A DNA stretch of 63,631 nt, the filler included, from Octopus bimaculoides (lineage: Eukaryota): the NCBI RefSeq assembly GCF_001194135.2. It is 7 parts of 7 records of this genome, joined end to end, with 100 filler letters (N's around TTAATTAATTAA, not from the genome) between each part and the next. Parts side by side here need not be neighbours in the genome. Positions count along the whole stretch, not along the records: positions 1 to 26,544 come from NC_068999.1; positions 26,645 to 31,094 come from NC_068986.1; 5 more parts are not named here. One strand, given 5' to 3'. The notes beneath the pieces are model-generated. The model did no database searches. It saw nothing but the letters and a program-made list of their open reading frames with translations, and was not told the DNA's origin. Every line of letters begins with the position of its first letter. The stretch's first letter is position 1. The position numbers were made by a program, and so were the translations under genes. Below are positions 14,029-27,260 of the stretch, in pieces.

Positions 14029-14086
<58 letters not shown>

Positions 14087-14358
14087 NNNNNNNNNNNNNN
14101 NNNNNNNNNNNNNNNNNNNNNNNNNNNNNNNNNNNNNNNNNNNNNNNNNNNNNNNNNNNNNNNNNNNNNNNNNNNNNNNNNNNNNNNNNNNNNNNNNNNN
14201 NNNNNNNNNNNNNNNNNNNNNNNNNNNNNNNNNNNNNNNNNNNNNNNNNNNNNNNNNNNNNNNNNNNNNNNNNNNNNNNNNNNNNNNNNNNNNNNNNNNN
14301 NNNNNNNNNNNNNNNNNNNNNNNNNNNNNNNNNNNNNNNNNNNNNNTATATATATATA

Positions 14359-15586
14359 GAGGGGTTGGACAGAATAATGGAAACACCTTAAAATTTCAAA
14401 CAAATTTATTTTAATATGGGGCAGGACCGCCTTTGGCAGTAATTACAGCTTGAATTCTACGAGATATGGACTTGTACAAAGTTTGAGTTGTTTCTAAAGG
14501 AATTTTTGTCCATTCTTCAGCTAAAACAGTCTCCAGTTCTTGTAGTGGTGATAGTGGAGGATATCGACTCCTTACTTGTTTTTCTAAATTGCATCATAAA
14601 TGTTCAATAATATCGAGATCTGAGGACTGTGGTGGCCAGATAAGATGTTCAACTTCACTATAATGTTCCTGGTGCCATTCAGTAACAACTTTAGCTGTGT
14701 GAATTGGTGCTTTATCATCCTGAATTTGATCAGATAAAATACTTAAATATTCTTGACTATCAATTCTGCCATGAAGGGAAACCATTGGGCCATCGGATTT
14801 CCAAGATATAGCCTCCCACCCCAGATCATCACAGATCCTCCTCCATGCTTAACAGTTGCAAGAAGGCAGTCTGGGTCAAATGTTTCTTTTGGCAGTCTCC
14901 ACACGTATACTCGGCGGGTGGTCGGAAATAGGGTAAAGGATGACTTGTCTGAGAAAATAACAATCTTCCACTGTTCTAGGGACCAATTCTGTAGGTTTTA
15001 CTCCAATCTAAAAGCTTTGCAACGTTTGTTTTCGAAAGTAGTGGTTTTCTGATTGCAGCCCTCCTGTGAAATCCGGCGTTGTGCAGCTCCCGGTAAACAG
15101 TGTTTGTGGAAACTGGGTTCTCGAGGTGGTCATTAAGCTCTGCAGTAATTTTGGGAGCTGTATTTTTGTGATCCTTTCTAACAATTCACGTAAGAGTCTG
15201 ACGGTCCCTATTTGAAAGTTTTGGTTTCCTTCCGGTGTTTTATTTCGACAAGGAAGTTTTCCCTCTTTCTCACAGGCTGTTATTACTTTCGAGACAGTAC
15301 TTCTTGGTACACTAAGCATTTCGGCTGTTTTCGTTACGCTAGCACCTGCCATACGAGCACCAGCAATTTGACCTCTTTAAAAGTCCGTTAGATCTCTCAG
15401 TTTAATGAATTTTAATTACCTTTATCAGATGATATCTGAAAAGAAACAGCAATTTTAGAAAAACATATTAAGCAACACTAATAATAAATCAAAAAACATA
15501 AAAATGAACATGCTTTTGATGGTTTAATAAATATTCCAAAATTATGATGCTATGATACTAGGTGTTTCCATTATTTTGTCCAACCG

Positions 15587-15589
<3 letters not shown>
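14359..15589 (-). mobile_element. Tc1-like (DD34E) DNA transposon relic with disrupted transposase
   Basis: 30-bp TIRs (14359-14388 and 15560-15589, 27/30 identical) flanked by TA inside (TA)n. Minus-strand fragments: RDLTDFKRGQIAGARMAGASVTKTAEMLSVPRSTVSKVI (HTH), TVKHGGGSVMIWG, and QDDKAPIHTAKVVTEW...WPPQSSDLDIIEHL (catalytic D and E). Frameshifted. Confidence 0.93.
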
Positions 15590-15620
<31 letters not shown>

Positions 15621-15867
15621 TATCTGACGAGTATTGGTCCACATTCTACATAAACTATATATATACACGTATATGTGTTTAATAATGGAATCTGCTGTAC
15701 TATATATCACGTGTCTACCTATCCAATTCCGTTTTTGCCTATGACTATTTCTATTTAAAGTTTTGCTTGTATTTCAACATATTTCAAGTGTGTTTATGTG
15801 CATTTAATTGTCTGTGTGTTAATGAGCTGAATATGGCCTCCACATCTAAGCCTTGTGAGTATCGACA

Positions 15868-15902
15868 GACAGATAAAAAGTTAGATAGATAGATAAGTAG
15901 AC

Positions 15903-15961
<59 letters not shown>

Positions 15962-15963
15962 CT

Positions 15964-15999
<36 letters not shown>

Positions 16000-16023
16000 T
16001 ATACACACAGATAGATAGATAGG

Positions 16024-16072
<49 letters not shown>
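15868..16072. repeat. (GATA)n tetranucleotide microsatellite
   Basis: Read directly. Confidence 0.95.
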
Positions 16073-16073
<1 letters not shown>

Positions 16074-16851
16074 TTCCACCGATTCTGGCGCCGATTCATT
16101 AGTAAAGGGTTTTAAATAATGTTGCCAATAATGGTCTCCTAGATTTGAGAGAATCAGGATCGATGATGTCGTTCTGGATATTTGATGGGTTCATACTTTT
16201 TCTGTTGCAGTTGCTGCTGTTGGAATGTTCCACGCACTGTTAATAGTGAGGAGGATGGTGCGAAAGAAAAAAAACACAGGTGAGATAGAAGAAAAGAAAG
16301 CCAGAGAAAAAAAAAAAGAAAAGAAAGAAAAAAAGGAAAGCAAGAAATGAAATGACACAAAACGTGAATAACATGACAGAAGAAGAAGAAGAAGAAGAAA
16401 AAGGTTGAGGACGATGAGGAGGAAGTAGAGGAGGAAAAGCAGGAAGTGGAGTGAATGGTGAGAACGATGATATTGGCGATGATTTTTTAAATGCTTTTAG
16501 TCGTGTAAAACGGAAGGACCTAAAACGGGTTACAGGTTCAGAGAGGTGTCATGAGAAGGGAAAGTTATCCTCAATCTTGGTCAACCATTTGTAAGAGAGC
16601 AGACTTTGCTCGAGGTAGCCAAGGCATCAAGTATGATGTTAAACTGGCCGAGAGATTAAGCCTGTGGCGCTTGGAGGTAACATGTGGCACATAGAGGAAA
16701 AAGACTACTGTTACTTTACGTGTGTGTGTGTGTGTGTGTGTGTGTGCCTCTGTCTTTATGTTTCTCTCTCTCTCACTACACACACACGCACACATACACA
16801 CACACACATTTATATATTTGTGTTGTGTGTGTGCGTATTTATGTGTGTGTG

Positions 16852-16891
<40 letters not shown>

Positions 16892-16911
16892 AACACACAC
16901 AAATAGGTGCA

Positions 16912-17047
16912 TAGGTGCAAGAGAGGTTCTGTGGTAGGAAGCTTGCTTCTCAACTACATGGTTCTGGGTTCAGTCCCACTGCATGACACCTTGATCAAGT
17001 GTCTCCTACTATATAACCTCGGGCTGACAAAAGCGTTGTGAGTGGAA
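16912..17047 (+). mobile_element. SINE family A 5' part (tRNA-derived head)
   Basis: TGTGGTAGGAAGCTTGCT...GGTTCAGTCCCACTGC...CCTTGATCAAGTGTC matches the other family A copies. Confidence 0.8.
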
Positions 17048-17878
17048 GAAATGGAGGAATGGAAAGCAAAAATCCGAAAACAGAATTATCGAAAGTGGAT
17101 GAGATTGTCAAGTTTACAAAACGATGGTAGTGCAGAATTGGAGTAAAGACATTTGTATGTTTTCTTACAGGAAGTGAAGGGAAATAATGAGATGGAGAAC
17201 GGTCACTGGAATCTGAAAGAATGAAATGAGAATGAAAGAATGACATTCTGGTGGCAGATGGATGGAATGATAAAATCAAAACATACATTTAGACATCGAT
17301 CACCTAAAAAGAAAATGACCTTTAGAAAATAAATGAAAGAATCAATCAATCGATAAGTAAAGGAAAATAACAAACCACGACCAAAGATTGATTTCATGAT
17401 GATGATGATGATTAATTTTATAGAAACGAGCATACATATACACATGTACATACAAATACATCGAAAATGCGTATCCTGCTCTCTCTGTGTAGGTGTGTGG
17501 CTAGCTTTCTGGGAATACGATCATAAAATCGTGGTTCGATTCATGTTTTTGAACAAGGTTTATTTTTCCCATTTTTTTTCAGTTAAACTCAACAGAAAAT
17601 TAACACCAGCAGAGTGTCGGGCAATCCTCTCTCTTCAGCTGTAACATTACCGATGTTCCTCTGGGCCCTTGGTAGGAGGCAAAAGAACGTCTCTATGTCT
17701 GCTACCAAAACATGGCTACTTAAAACAGCTAGAAAAGAAGCTGCAAATGTTATCAGATCACAGTCGAGGGTCGGCTGAGCACATTTCTGTGTATGGGATT
17801 AGATGAGTGTGTGCGTCAGTGTGTATGTATGTGAGTTTGTGTGTTCGTATACTTGTATGCATATGTATGTATATATAT

Positions 17879-18037
17879 ATAGGAGTGACTGTGTGGTAAG
17901 AAACTTACTTACCAGCCACATGATTCCGGGTTCAGTCCTACTGCGTGGCATCTTGGGCAAGTCTTTTCTACTGTATCTTCGGGCCAACCAAAGCCTTCTG
18001 ATTGGATTTGGTTGGCGAAAGCTGAAAGAAGCCCGTC

Positions 18038-18041
<4 letters not shown>
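17879..18041 (+). mobile_element. SINE family A, running into (TA)n and a gap
   Basis: Head with B-box-like GGTTCAGTCC, continuing to CTGAAAGAAGCCCGTCGTATATA. Confidence 0.88.
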
Positions 18042-18081
<40 letters not shown>

Positions 18082-18383
18082 NNNNNNNNNNNNNNNNNNN
18101 NNNNNNNNNNNNNNNNNNNNNNNNNNNNNNNNNNNNNNNNNNNNNNNNNNNNNNNNNNNNNNNNNNNNNNNNNNNNNNNNNNNNNNNNNNNNNNNNNNNN
18201 NNNNNNNNNNNNNNNNNNNNNNNNNNNNNNNNNNNNNNNNNNNNNNNNNNNNNNNNNNNNNNNNNNNNNNNNNNNNNNNNNNNNNNNNNNNNNNNNNNNN
18301 NNNNNNNNNNNNNNNNNNNNNNNNNNNNNNNNNNNNNNNNNNNNNNNNNNNNNNNNNNNNNNNNNNNNNNNNNNNNNNNNNNN

Positions 18384-18414
<31 letters not shown>

Positions 18415-18883
18415 TTGTAAGAAAAACAAAGACGAAAACAGGTGTATGTACAACAAGCAAGGGTATGAGTTTGACGCTCGGGAAAAATGGAAAAGTCGTT
18501 TACGTTTCGAGCCTGCGCTCTTCAACAGAAAGGAATAAGAGGAAATGAACAGAAAGAGGATGAAAAAAACGTGTTGAGTTCAGTGATACATACACTTACA
18601 TCAATGTGTATATATGCGTGTGCATATGACATGTTGGTAGTCAAAAGTTTAGAGTTTCTTAATATTTATAAAAGTATTAATGCACATGTATACGACATAT
18701 AAAGTGCACATCTAGAAGACTTGCTACCACGAAGTTTTTCTCTACCAAAATCCAATCGTGAATCGTAGGCGAAACTCTCTTAGTGACGAGTAGTGGAATC
18801 ATCACCGGAACCACGTGGCTGGGAATCGAAATTTGTAATGACACGGCCATACTCGTAACTTAATTCAGAAGTGTATCATTATG

Positions 18884-18933
<50 letters not shown>

Positions 18934-19584
18934 CATAAACTGTGAAANNNNNNNNNNGTGTGTGTGTGTGTGTGTGTGTATATGTGTCATAAACTGTGAA
19001 AAAAACTAGAAAAAACTCGTAGAAAGATGTAGTAGCAGACGACCCTACAGGTTAGTCACGGTTGGAACACTTTTAATCATGCCTGCTCTATCATCGTTGG
19101 CTTGGGTTAAATAAGTACAGTAACAACGACGATACAAATCAACACACATGCTCACAATGATTCCTAGAAATAGAAACAAAATATCCCTCGAATCACACGC
19201 AACAATCTTGGGAAAGATAATGGCTACTGTCATAGTCACCAGGGTGACAGTTAAGGAACCCTTTTGAACATGATGTGATAGGGGAGGGGTATCGATTCCG
19301 GATTAACGTGGGCTTTATGAATATGGTTATAGGGGGTATATCGAGTCGAGACTAACGTGGGGTCTAAGAAGAAGAAGAACAACAACAACCACACCGTCTG
19401 CAGCTGCAGCAGTAAAACCAAACAAAATGCATTATTTTAGAAATGGAGCAAAGAAAATCCAGAAGAACAACATTCGACATTGGCATAACTCGAAGAAAAT
19501 TACAATGAAAAAGAAACAAAAAACAAAAACAAAAAAGCAACAACAATAACAACAATAATAATAAAAATAATGGATTAAAAAATT

Positions 19585-19705
19585 GGCACAAAGTCAGTAA
19601 TTTCAGGAGAGGGTGGTAATCATTCGATAACATCGACCCCAGTCAGTAACTGGTACTTAATTTGTCGACCCCGAAAAGATAAAATGCAAAGCCGACCTCG
19701 GAGTT
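19585..19705 (-). mobile_element. SINE family B 3' half
   Basis: CATCGACCCCAGT...CTGGTACTTAATTTGTCGACCCCGAAA...GCAAAGCCGACCTCGG. Confidence 0.75.
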
Positions 19706-20290
19706 TTATCATTGAAAGTTAAGATAGATGAAATGCCGCTAAACATTTTGTTCGTCGCACTAACGATACTACCAGCTCGTCTCCTTAACAACAACAACAA
19801 CAATAATAACAATGAGAATATACAAAAGGCACTGTGCACGCATGTGTTTGTGTCCGTGAGTATGTAAGAGTGCGGATATGCGCGTGCACTTGTGTATATA
19901 TTCGTTGATGTTAAATTTCAGACGCACATTACAAACTCCCTATACATTTGAGCATATGGCATATCATACGAAAGAAACTTAAGGTCTTGGAGGAGCCGTA
20001 AGAACACCATAGAGGCATGTAACATGTCTTGGGGATTCTAGACCAGCTGGTGCTCATCAATTTCCAAGTGCTCTCACAGAAAAATAATTAAAAAAACAGA
20101 ACGTAAGAAAGAGTTAGACGAAGATCTCGATAAAGGTCTGGAATAGTATTTTTGGAGTTAAAGATGAAAGACGAAGTTTGCCACAGCGGCATTTGAACCC
20201 AGAATGCAGTGAGCCGAAGCGATAATTACAAAGTAGAGGCCCAATAAATTAAAACGGATGTAGGTGTGTGAATATTATTGTGTGGTAGGG

Positions 20291-20671
20291 CAGGCGCAAC
20301 GGCCCAGTGGTTAGGGCAGCGGACTCGCGGTCATAGGATCGCGGTTTCGATTCCAAAACCGGGCGTTGTGAGTGTTTATTGAGCGAAAACAATTAAAGCT
20401 CCACGAGGCTCCGGTAGGAGATGGTGGCGAACCTTGCTGTACTCTTCCACCACAACTTTCTGTAACTCTTACTTTCTGTTTCTGTTGTGCCTGTAATTCA
20501 AAGGTTCAGCCTTGTCACACTGTGTCACGCTGAATATTCCAGAGAACTACGTTAAGGGTACACGTGTCTGTGGAGTGCTCAGCCACTTGCACGTTAATTT
20601 CACGAGCAGACTGTTCCGTTGATCGGATCGATTGGAACCCTCGACGTCGTGAGCGTCGGAGTGCCAACAAC
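20291..20671 (+). mobile_element. Full-length SINE family C (about 380 bp, tRNA-derived) with 13-bp target-site duplication
   Basis: A-box-like CGGCCCAGTGG and B-box-like GGTTTCGATTCC. ATTATTGTGTGGT is duplicated at 20274-20286 and 20672-20684. A second copy lies on the minus strand at 33472-33846. Confidence 0.9.
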
Positions 20672-21193
20672 ATTATTGTGTGGTGGGAGTGTGCCTGTTC
20701 TGCGTGCCTCTGTGTGTGTGTGTGTGTATGTGCGTGCGTGCGCGCGTGTGTTTTATGGGTGTAAGCATGTGTGTGTGACTGCGCTGAGTGTATGTGTGCA
20801 TATGAATGCGTGCGTTTCGGTGTGTGTTTGTTGGTTGTGCAGTAGTTTGTGTGTTTATCCACCCCTAATATCGCCGATTTCCTTGGAGTTCGCTTCGTAA
20901 TACCGACCCCAACACCAAATAATTCGGACAAATATCTTTTACTAAATCAATGTGAAGTTTGTCAGTGAAATATCGGGATTTAGTAAGGGAACGTCTGCTA
21001 TGGATTGGTGTGGCAGTTCCCAAAATTCAGTCTTGTCATTCTGTGCCACATTGGCTTTGGTCGAGAATTATGTCAATGGTACAACATGTCTGAGGAATAC
21101 TCGATCACTTATTCTTTAGGTCAATACACAGGTTTTTTTGTTCTTTTTCAATCGAATACTCATTGTTTAAATGACGGAGATCCACTTACATTT

Positions 21194-21234
<41 letters not shown>

Positions 21235-21235
21235 G

Positions 21236-21268
<33 letters not shown>

Positions 21269-21574
21269 GTCTGTTTGTCTGTCTCTGTGTCTCTCTCTCT
21301 GTCTGTTTGTCTCTCTCTCTGTGTCTCTCTCTGTCTCTCTCTACGTCTGTCTATCTATCTATCTATCTATCTATACCCAATGTCTATACATATATATAGA
21401 AGCACATAAGTGTATATCGATGGGGAAACTGGAGGAAGAAGAAGTCATGCTTGTGATATAATTATTTATTCGAAGCCGATGCTTCACATGAATGTTTCTT
21501 GGAGTTTTAAGCGATTTTCAATCAGTAATAATTGAAGGAACTCACGAAGCTCTAGCAATACTGAGGGAGCGAAA

Positions 21575-21623
<49 letters not shown>

Positions 21624-21990
21624 GTACACACACAAACACACACATACACACACACATATATGCATGCATATATATATAAATGCATAGAATGCGTGTGTAT
21701 ATATACATATGTGGAGGGACGCACGTGTCAGTGTTTGTGGGTGTATGTGTGTGTGTGCGTGTGTGTATGTGTGTCTGTGCATGTATGCATAAATGAATGC
21801 TTATATGCTATTGTATATTGTGTTTATTTTCATATAAACTTACCTATACACACACAGAAACACATACCTCTCAATTTATCTGTCTATGAATAAATGGTGC
21901 ATAGTTGTAGACATATTTTCATTTGTCTTGACATGCAAACATACACGTGTGAATAGAAATGTAGTCGCGCAAATACATGTATAAGCCGGT

Positions 21991-22032
<42 letters not shown>

Positions 22033-22879
22033 GTGTGTGCATGTGTGTACGTTTGTGTGTGTGTGTGTGTGTGTGTGTTTGTGTGTTTGTGTGTGTGTGT
22101 GTCGGTGTGTGTGTGTGTGTGTGTACAACTAAATATAAACATGAAGACACATAAGTTTGTGCAAATCTATCGGAAATGCCTTAAGAGTACATTGCCAGCT
22201 TAAGAGAAGCCATGCATGTTGATAAAAATCAATCTAGCAACAAGTGGTTTCAAATGTACGAAACTTTGGCTGTGCTGTCCAAACAAAATATCAATTCTTT
22301 CTCGTATGCTACTTATTCTACGCCAACATTTCGTACCTCTGGTTGAATTCCCTCATATCTTCTTGGAGCCACAAACACGTGCTTGCTCACGCACAATGTA
22401 ATGTATGAGTTCTGTTTTGTGGTGACAAAAACATAAGTTTTATGATTCACTTCTTTTTGATAATGAAGTGAATTACAACTGGCGCTTGTCTTTATACTTC
22501 CAGAAGAATATTCCTCCCAAATTACAATATCTTTTTCTACACATAATTTGCCGCGGTTTTGCTTTAAAATCTTGGAAGTTAAAAACTAAATAGTTTCCAC
22601 TCTCATTGACCCTCTTCTCTCTCTCTCCTCTCTCTCTCTTTCCTCTCTCTCTCTTCTCTCTCTCTCTCCTATCTCTCTCTCCCCTCTCCCTCCCTCTCTG
22701 CAAACAGCTTTTATATACATCTAACTCTGCAAAGGAAGTCAAGTTACATTCACATAAATAGACAAAAACTGCTGAATATTTATCGTAATAGAAATTACCC
22801 ACTTCGTTCTGTCTGTGAGTGCGTGGGTATACACACACAGACACACACAGACACAGACATAGACACACATAGACACACA

Positions 22880-22917
<38 letters not shown>

Positions 22918-23040
22918 ATATATATATTATATATTATTTTGATATAATATATATCATTGTGTATAATATATGTGTGTGTATCTGTGTGTGCGGGCACCTG
23001 TGTACCTGTGTGTGCTTGTTTGTGCGTGTAATTCTTTGTC

Positions 23041-23079
<39 letters not shown>

Positions 23080-24008
23080 ATGTCTGTATTACATGTCATG
23101 TCTAATAGCCCGTCAGGTGACATTCCGGCAGTGGTTTAACAAAGTAGTTGCGCTAGAAAGTCTTTATATTTATCGAAAACTCGGTGTAGAGAAGAAGGGA
23201 TATATCAGCTTCCAGGGAATATATCAATGTAAATGAACGCTAATACGAACTTTGGTGAATACTCCGTCCAACTGATCAAACACACCCCAATCACACACGC
23301 ACACGCACACGCACGCGCCCATGCGTGTCTGTATTTATGCTATCAAAAGTTGGCAGTCTCATCTAAGTTTTGTACTTGGTTGTTTTCGACTATGGATGAC
23401 AAAAAAATCAATTTGCAGCATTTGCAAAGTTAGATATTAGATGTCTGGAATAACAGTCAACCGTATCGGTTCGTCCTCTTAAGAAAAGCGGAAAAACGAC
23501 AAATGGATAATGTGATTCTCTTTCCTTTGTTTTGATCAGTGATCTTCTCGAACAGGATTCACCATGGGCTAAACAACAAGGAAAAACAAATTCAGTTGTA
23601 GACAGCTTAAACAGTAGGGTCATTGGTGCAACATGGTTAAGCTTGTGTATAAGTGCATCGAGACATGTAAGGATGGTCACATTTGGACTCAAATCATGCT
23701 ATATCAGATCAATCAAGGCAAACTTAATGATGGGTGGAGCGGAAATTAACAACAAATCCAATGTATTCGGTGAGGTTCTGATATAATTAATACATCTCTC
23801 TACTCCTAACAATGGTTTGAGTTGTGTATTACTATTTGCAATATGTGACATATCTTAGTGTACTTTACAACTCTAACTTTAAAATATACACACATATACA
23901 TCTATGCGTATATATTTATATATGTACATATATAGTCCCTTTTTTGTATCATCTAACTGTCTGGATGTTTTGCGTACTTGCCCCATTTTTGTATTATATA
24001 TCTATCTA

Positions 24009-24064
<56 letters not shown>

Positions 24065-24281
24065 CATATATATAGATGTATATATATATCCACATACACA
24101 CACACACATATATATACATACACATATACATACAGAGATATCTCCATATTACCACGTATATATATATATATGTGTATATATTCATACATACATACACATA
24201 CACACACACACATATATGTAAACACGTGTTCTTGTTTGTTTGCGCGAGCATGTATAAAGAGTGACTGAAAACGGAGGAAAC

Positions 24282-24331
<50 letters not shown>

Positions 24332-24507
24332 GAGGTAGAAAAAGAAGGTAAAGAGAGGAGGATGAGATACATGTAATCAAATTGACATTCGGAATGACCT
24401 CGACCTTCATGTGCAAATGCCGATGCATTAATGGAGAAACGTCAATCAATACACCTGTTAAGTTACACATACACACACATACACGCACACACCTACGCGC
24501 ACGCACA

Positions 24508-24557
<50 letters not shown>

Positions 24558-25059
24558 AACAAACAAAAACACTCAAACTCACACATATATTCGAGTATAT
24601 ACATATCTATGCATGTTTGTACACAGAAAAGCATAAATATACATATAAACATGCCTGTATAGTTACATACATCAACTCTCTCTCTCACTCTCTCATTCGC
24701 TTTCTCTCTCATTCGCTCTCTCTCTCTCTCTCTCTCTCATGCTCTCTCTCTCACTCTCCTGCATATATGAACTTAACTGCAGTTGAAAAATAAGTTTAGT
24801 CACTTACCGCACATGAATCTTAGATCAAATATTTCCAAGGTATCCAATTAGATTATTACAATGACCCACGGGTAAAAATCAAGACGGAAATTGTAACAAG
24901 GTTTATCATATATTTATCTAATTCAGAAATAATACAATATATTTATGTCATTATTTATCCAACTCCCATCGTAGACTTTGCACACATATCTCTTTGAAAA
25001 AAAGAACGCACTTTGCGTTTGTTTGGTGTGTTTCTGATTATATGGTTTGATACGCATAC

Positions 25060-25090
<31 letters not shown>

Positions 25091-25297
25091 TACGAATGTA
25101 TGTATGTGTGTAGGTGTACGAATGTATGTATGCATGTATGTATGTATGCATATATATATATATATATATGTTTATATGTATGTCTATACATGTATATAAA
25201 TATTTCTATGCATGTCTATATATTAGATGTGCGTATACATGTATACACGTATATATATACATATGTATATATATAGATGTATGTATATATATACATA

Positions 25298-25376
<79 letters not shown>

Positions 25377-26511
25377 NNNNNNNNNNNNNNNNNNNNNNNN
25401 NNNNNNNNNNNNNNNNNNNNNNNNNNNNNNNNNNNNNNNNNNNNNNNNNNNNNNNNNNNNNNNNNNNNNNNNNNNNNNNNNNNNNNNNNNNNNNNNNNNN
25501 NNNNNNNNNNNNNNNNNNNNNNNNNNNNNNNNNNNNNNNNNNNNNNNNNNNNNNNNNNNNNNNNNNNNNNNNNNNNNNNNNNNNNNNNNNNNNNNNNNNN
25601 NNNNNNNNNNNNNNNNNNNNNNNNNNNNNNNNNTATACGTAATAATAACAACAGTGTAAGAAGTGGGTTTCCAACAGTTTCTCACTCCGAGTTTCCTGAT
25701 ATGCTACACCTCTTCAATGGCAAAGCTTCTGCATCGTTTTCAATGAAACTCGGAGTGAATCAGTAATGAAATTCAATTCTTGATCCTCTGTTTTGATTTT
25801 AATCAATTTCATTTCCTTTAGATTGTATTTACAAGCATATGTACATATACATACATACATACATACATACATGCATGCATGCATCCATACATATGTGTGC
25901 GTGTGTTTATGTATACACACTCACACACAGATACACACACATGAATATAAATACGTTGATACATATGAGACATACGCAATCATACTCATATTAATGGTGA
26001 TGGTGGTATTGGTAGTGGTAATGATGATGCTGCTGATGATGATGCTGCTGCTGATGATGCTGATGATGATGATGAGGATGATGATGATGATGATAATAAC
26101 AGTAACAAAAATAATAATAATACATAAATAGTAATAATTTTTTCTTTATTTTTGTATATATTGATGTTCACGTTGTTACATTGCGTGAATATAGAAATGC
26201 TCGGATTTGAATATATTCACACAATTTAATCGCATCCCACACACACCTAGTCATAATACATACATACATACATACATACATACATACATACAGACAAACA
26301 GACTTACATCCATACATGCATTCATACATATCAAATATTTTTATATAGTTGTTGTGTTAAAAAGAAAGTAAATTAACACATTTACACATACACACACATA
26401 GCTGCACTGAATTTTATTTATTAAAATGTAAATAAACATAAACTTCGATTAATCATATATATCTATATATATATTTTACTATATCTTTGATCGTGTGTAT
26501 ATGTCTGTCTG

Positions 26512-26544
<33 letters not shown>

Positions 26545-26644
26545 NNNNNNNNNNNNNNNNNNNNNNNNNNNNNNNNNNNNNNNNNNNNTTAATTAATTAA
26601 NNNNNNNNNNNNNNNNNNNNNNNNNNNNNNNNNNNNNNNNNNNN
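26545..26644. other. Artificial 100-bp assembly spacer (44 N + TTAATTAATTAA + 44 N)
   Basis: Identical geometry at six sites; the 12-mer has stop codons in all six frames. Confidence 0.95.
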
Positions 26645-26975
26645 TTTTCACGCAGCTCTCCTCCTCCATTCTCACCACATGTCCATACCAGCGCAATCGT
26701 CTCTCTTGCACGCCACAACTGATGCTTCTAATGTTCAGCTTTTCTCTCAAGATACTTACACTCTGACGGGTATTCACATTGACATTACACATCCAACGGA
26801 GCATACTGGCTTCATTCCTTGCGAGCTTACGTATGTCCTCAGCAGTTACAGCCCATGTTTCACTGCCATGTAGCATGGTTGTTCGTACGCATGCGTCATA
26901 CAGTCTGCCTTTTACTCTGAGTGAGAGTCCCTTTGTCGCCAGCAGGGGTAAGAGCTCTCTAAACTTTGCCTTAAA
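26645..26975 (-). mobile_element. RTE-clade LINE ORF2 fragment (region after the RT domain), open frame, cut by the segment edge
   Basis: FRELLPLLATKGLSLRVKGRLYDACVRTTMLHGSETWAVTAEDIRKLARNEASMLRWMC...LREKLNIRSI...RRLRWYGHVVRMEE contains the typical RTE K.RLY..CVR..MLYGSETW and RRLRW.GHV.RM motifs. Confidence 0.92.
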
Positions 26976-26987
26976 AAATGTTTGTTC

Positions 26988-27260
26988 TGTAGTCACATGA
27001 TTCTGGGTTCAATCGCACTGCAAGACACTTTTCTACTATAGCTTTGGGTTCACCAATATTATGTAAGTAGAATTTGGTAGACCCATCTTGTGTTTGTGTG
27101 TCTGTCTATGCTTTCAACTAGTGTTTTGTCCAAAAGGTATAACTTAGCCAGTTAAATTACAGATCAATAGAAAAAGTACCATAGTGAAACAAGTACTGAG
27201 ATCAATGTGATCTATGAATGTGGTGCCCCAGCATGGCTGCATTCCAAGTATAAAAGAATG
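26988..27260 (+). mobile_element. Heavily decayed SINE family A copy
   Basis: CACATGATTCTGGGTTCAATC...TTCTACTATAGC...TTTGGTAGAC...CAGCATGGCTGCA; the CpG positions of the family are converted to TpG/CpA. Confidence 0.65.

Noticed and set aside
20291-20360. SINE heads (also 43751, 46581, 57885-57935) as true tRNA genes
   Set aside because: A/B boxes are present but there is no complete cloverleaf, and they continue into SINE bodies.
23540-23620. Apparent acceptor ctctttcctttgttttgatcAG followed by an open frame
   Set aside because: The sequence matches the tail of the interspersed repeat also seen at about 6170-6220 and 30675-30705.
24802-24830. Perfect minus-strand donor CG|GTAAGT
   Set aside because: Upstream frames are closed and the only nearby AG would give an 11-nt exon; unsupported.
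26589-26600. TTAATTAATTAA as a biological motif (homeodomain site or PacI-like palindrome)
   Set aside because: It always sits between two runs of exactly 44 N; artificial linker.
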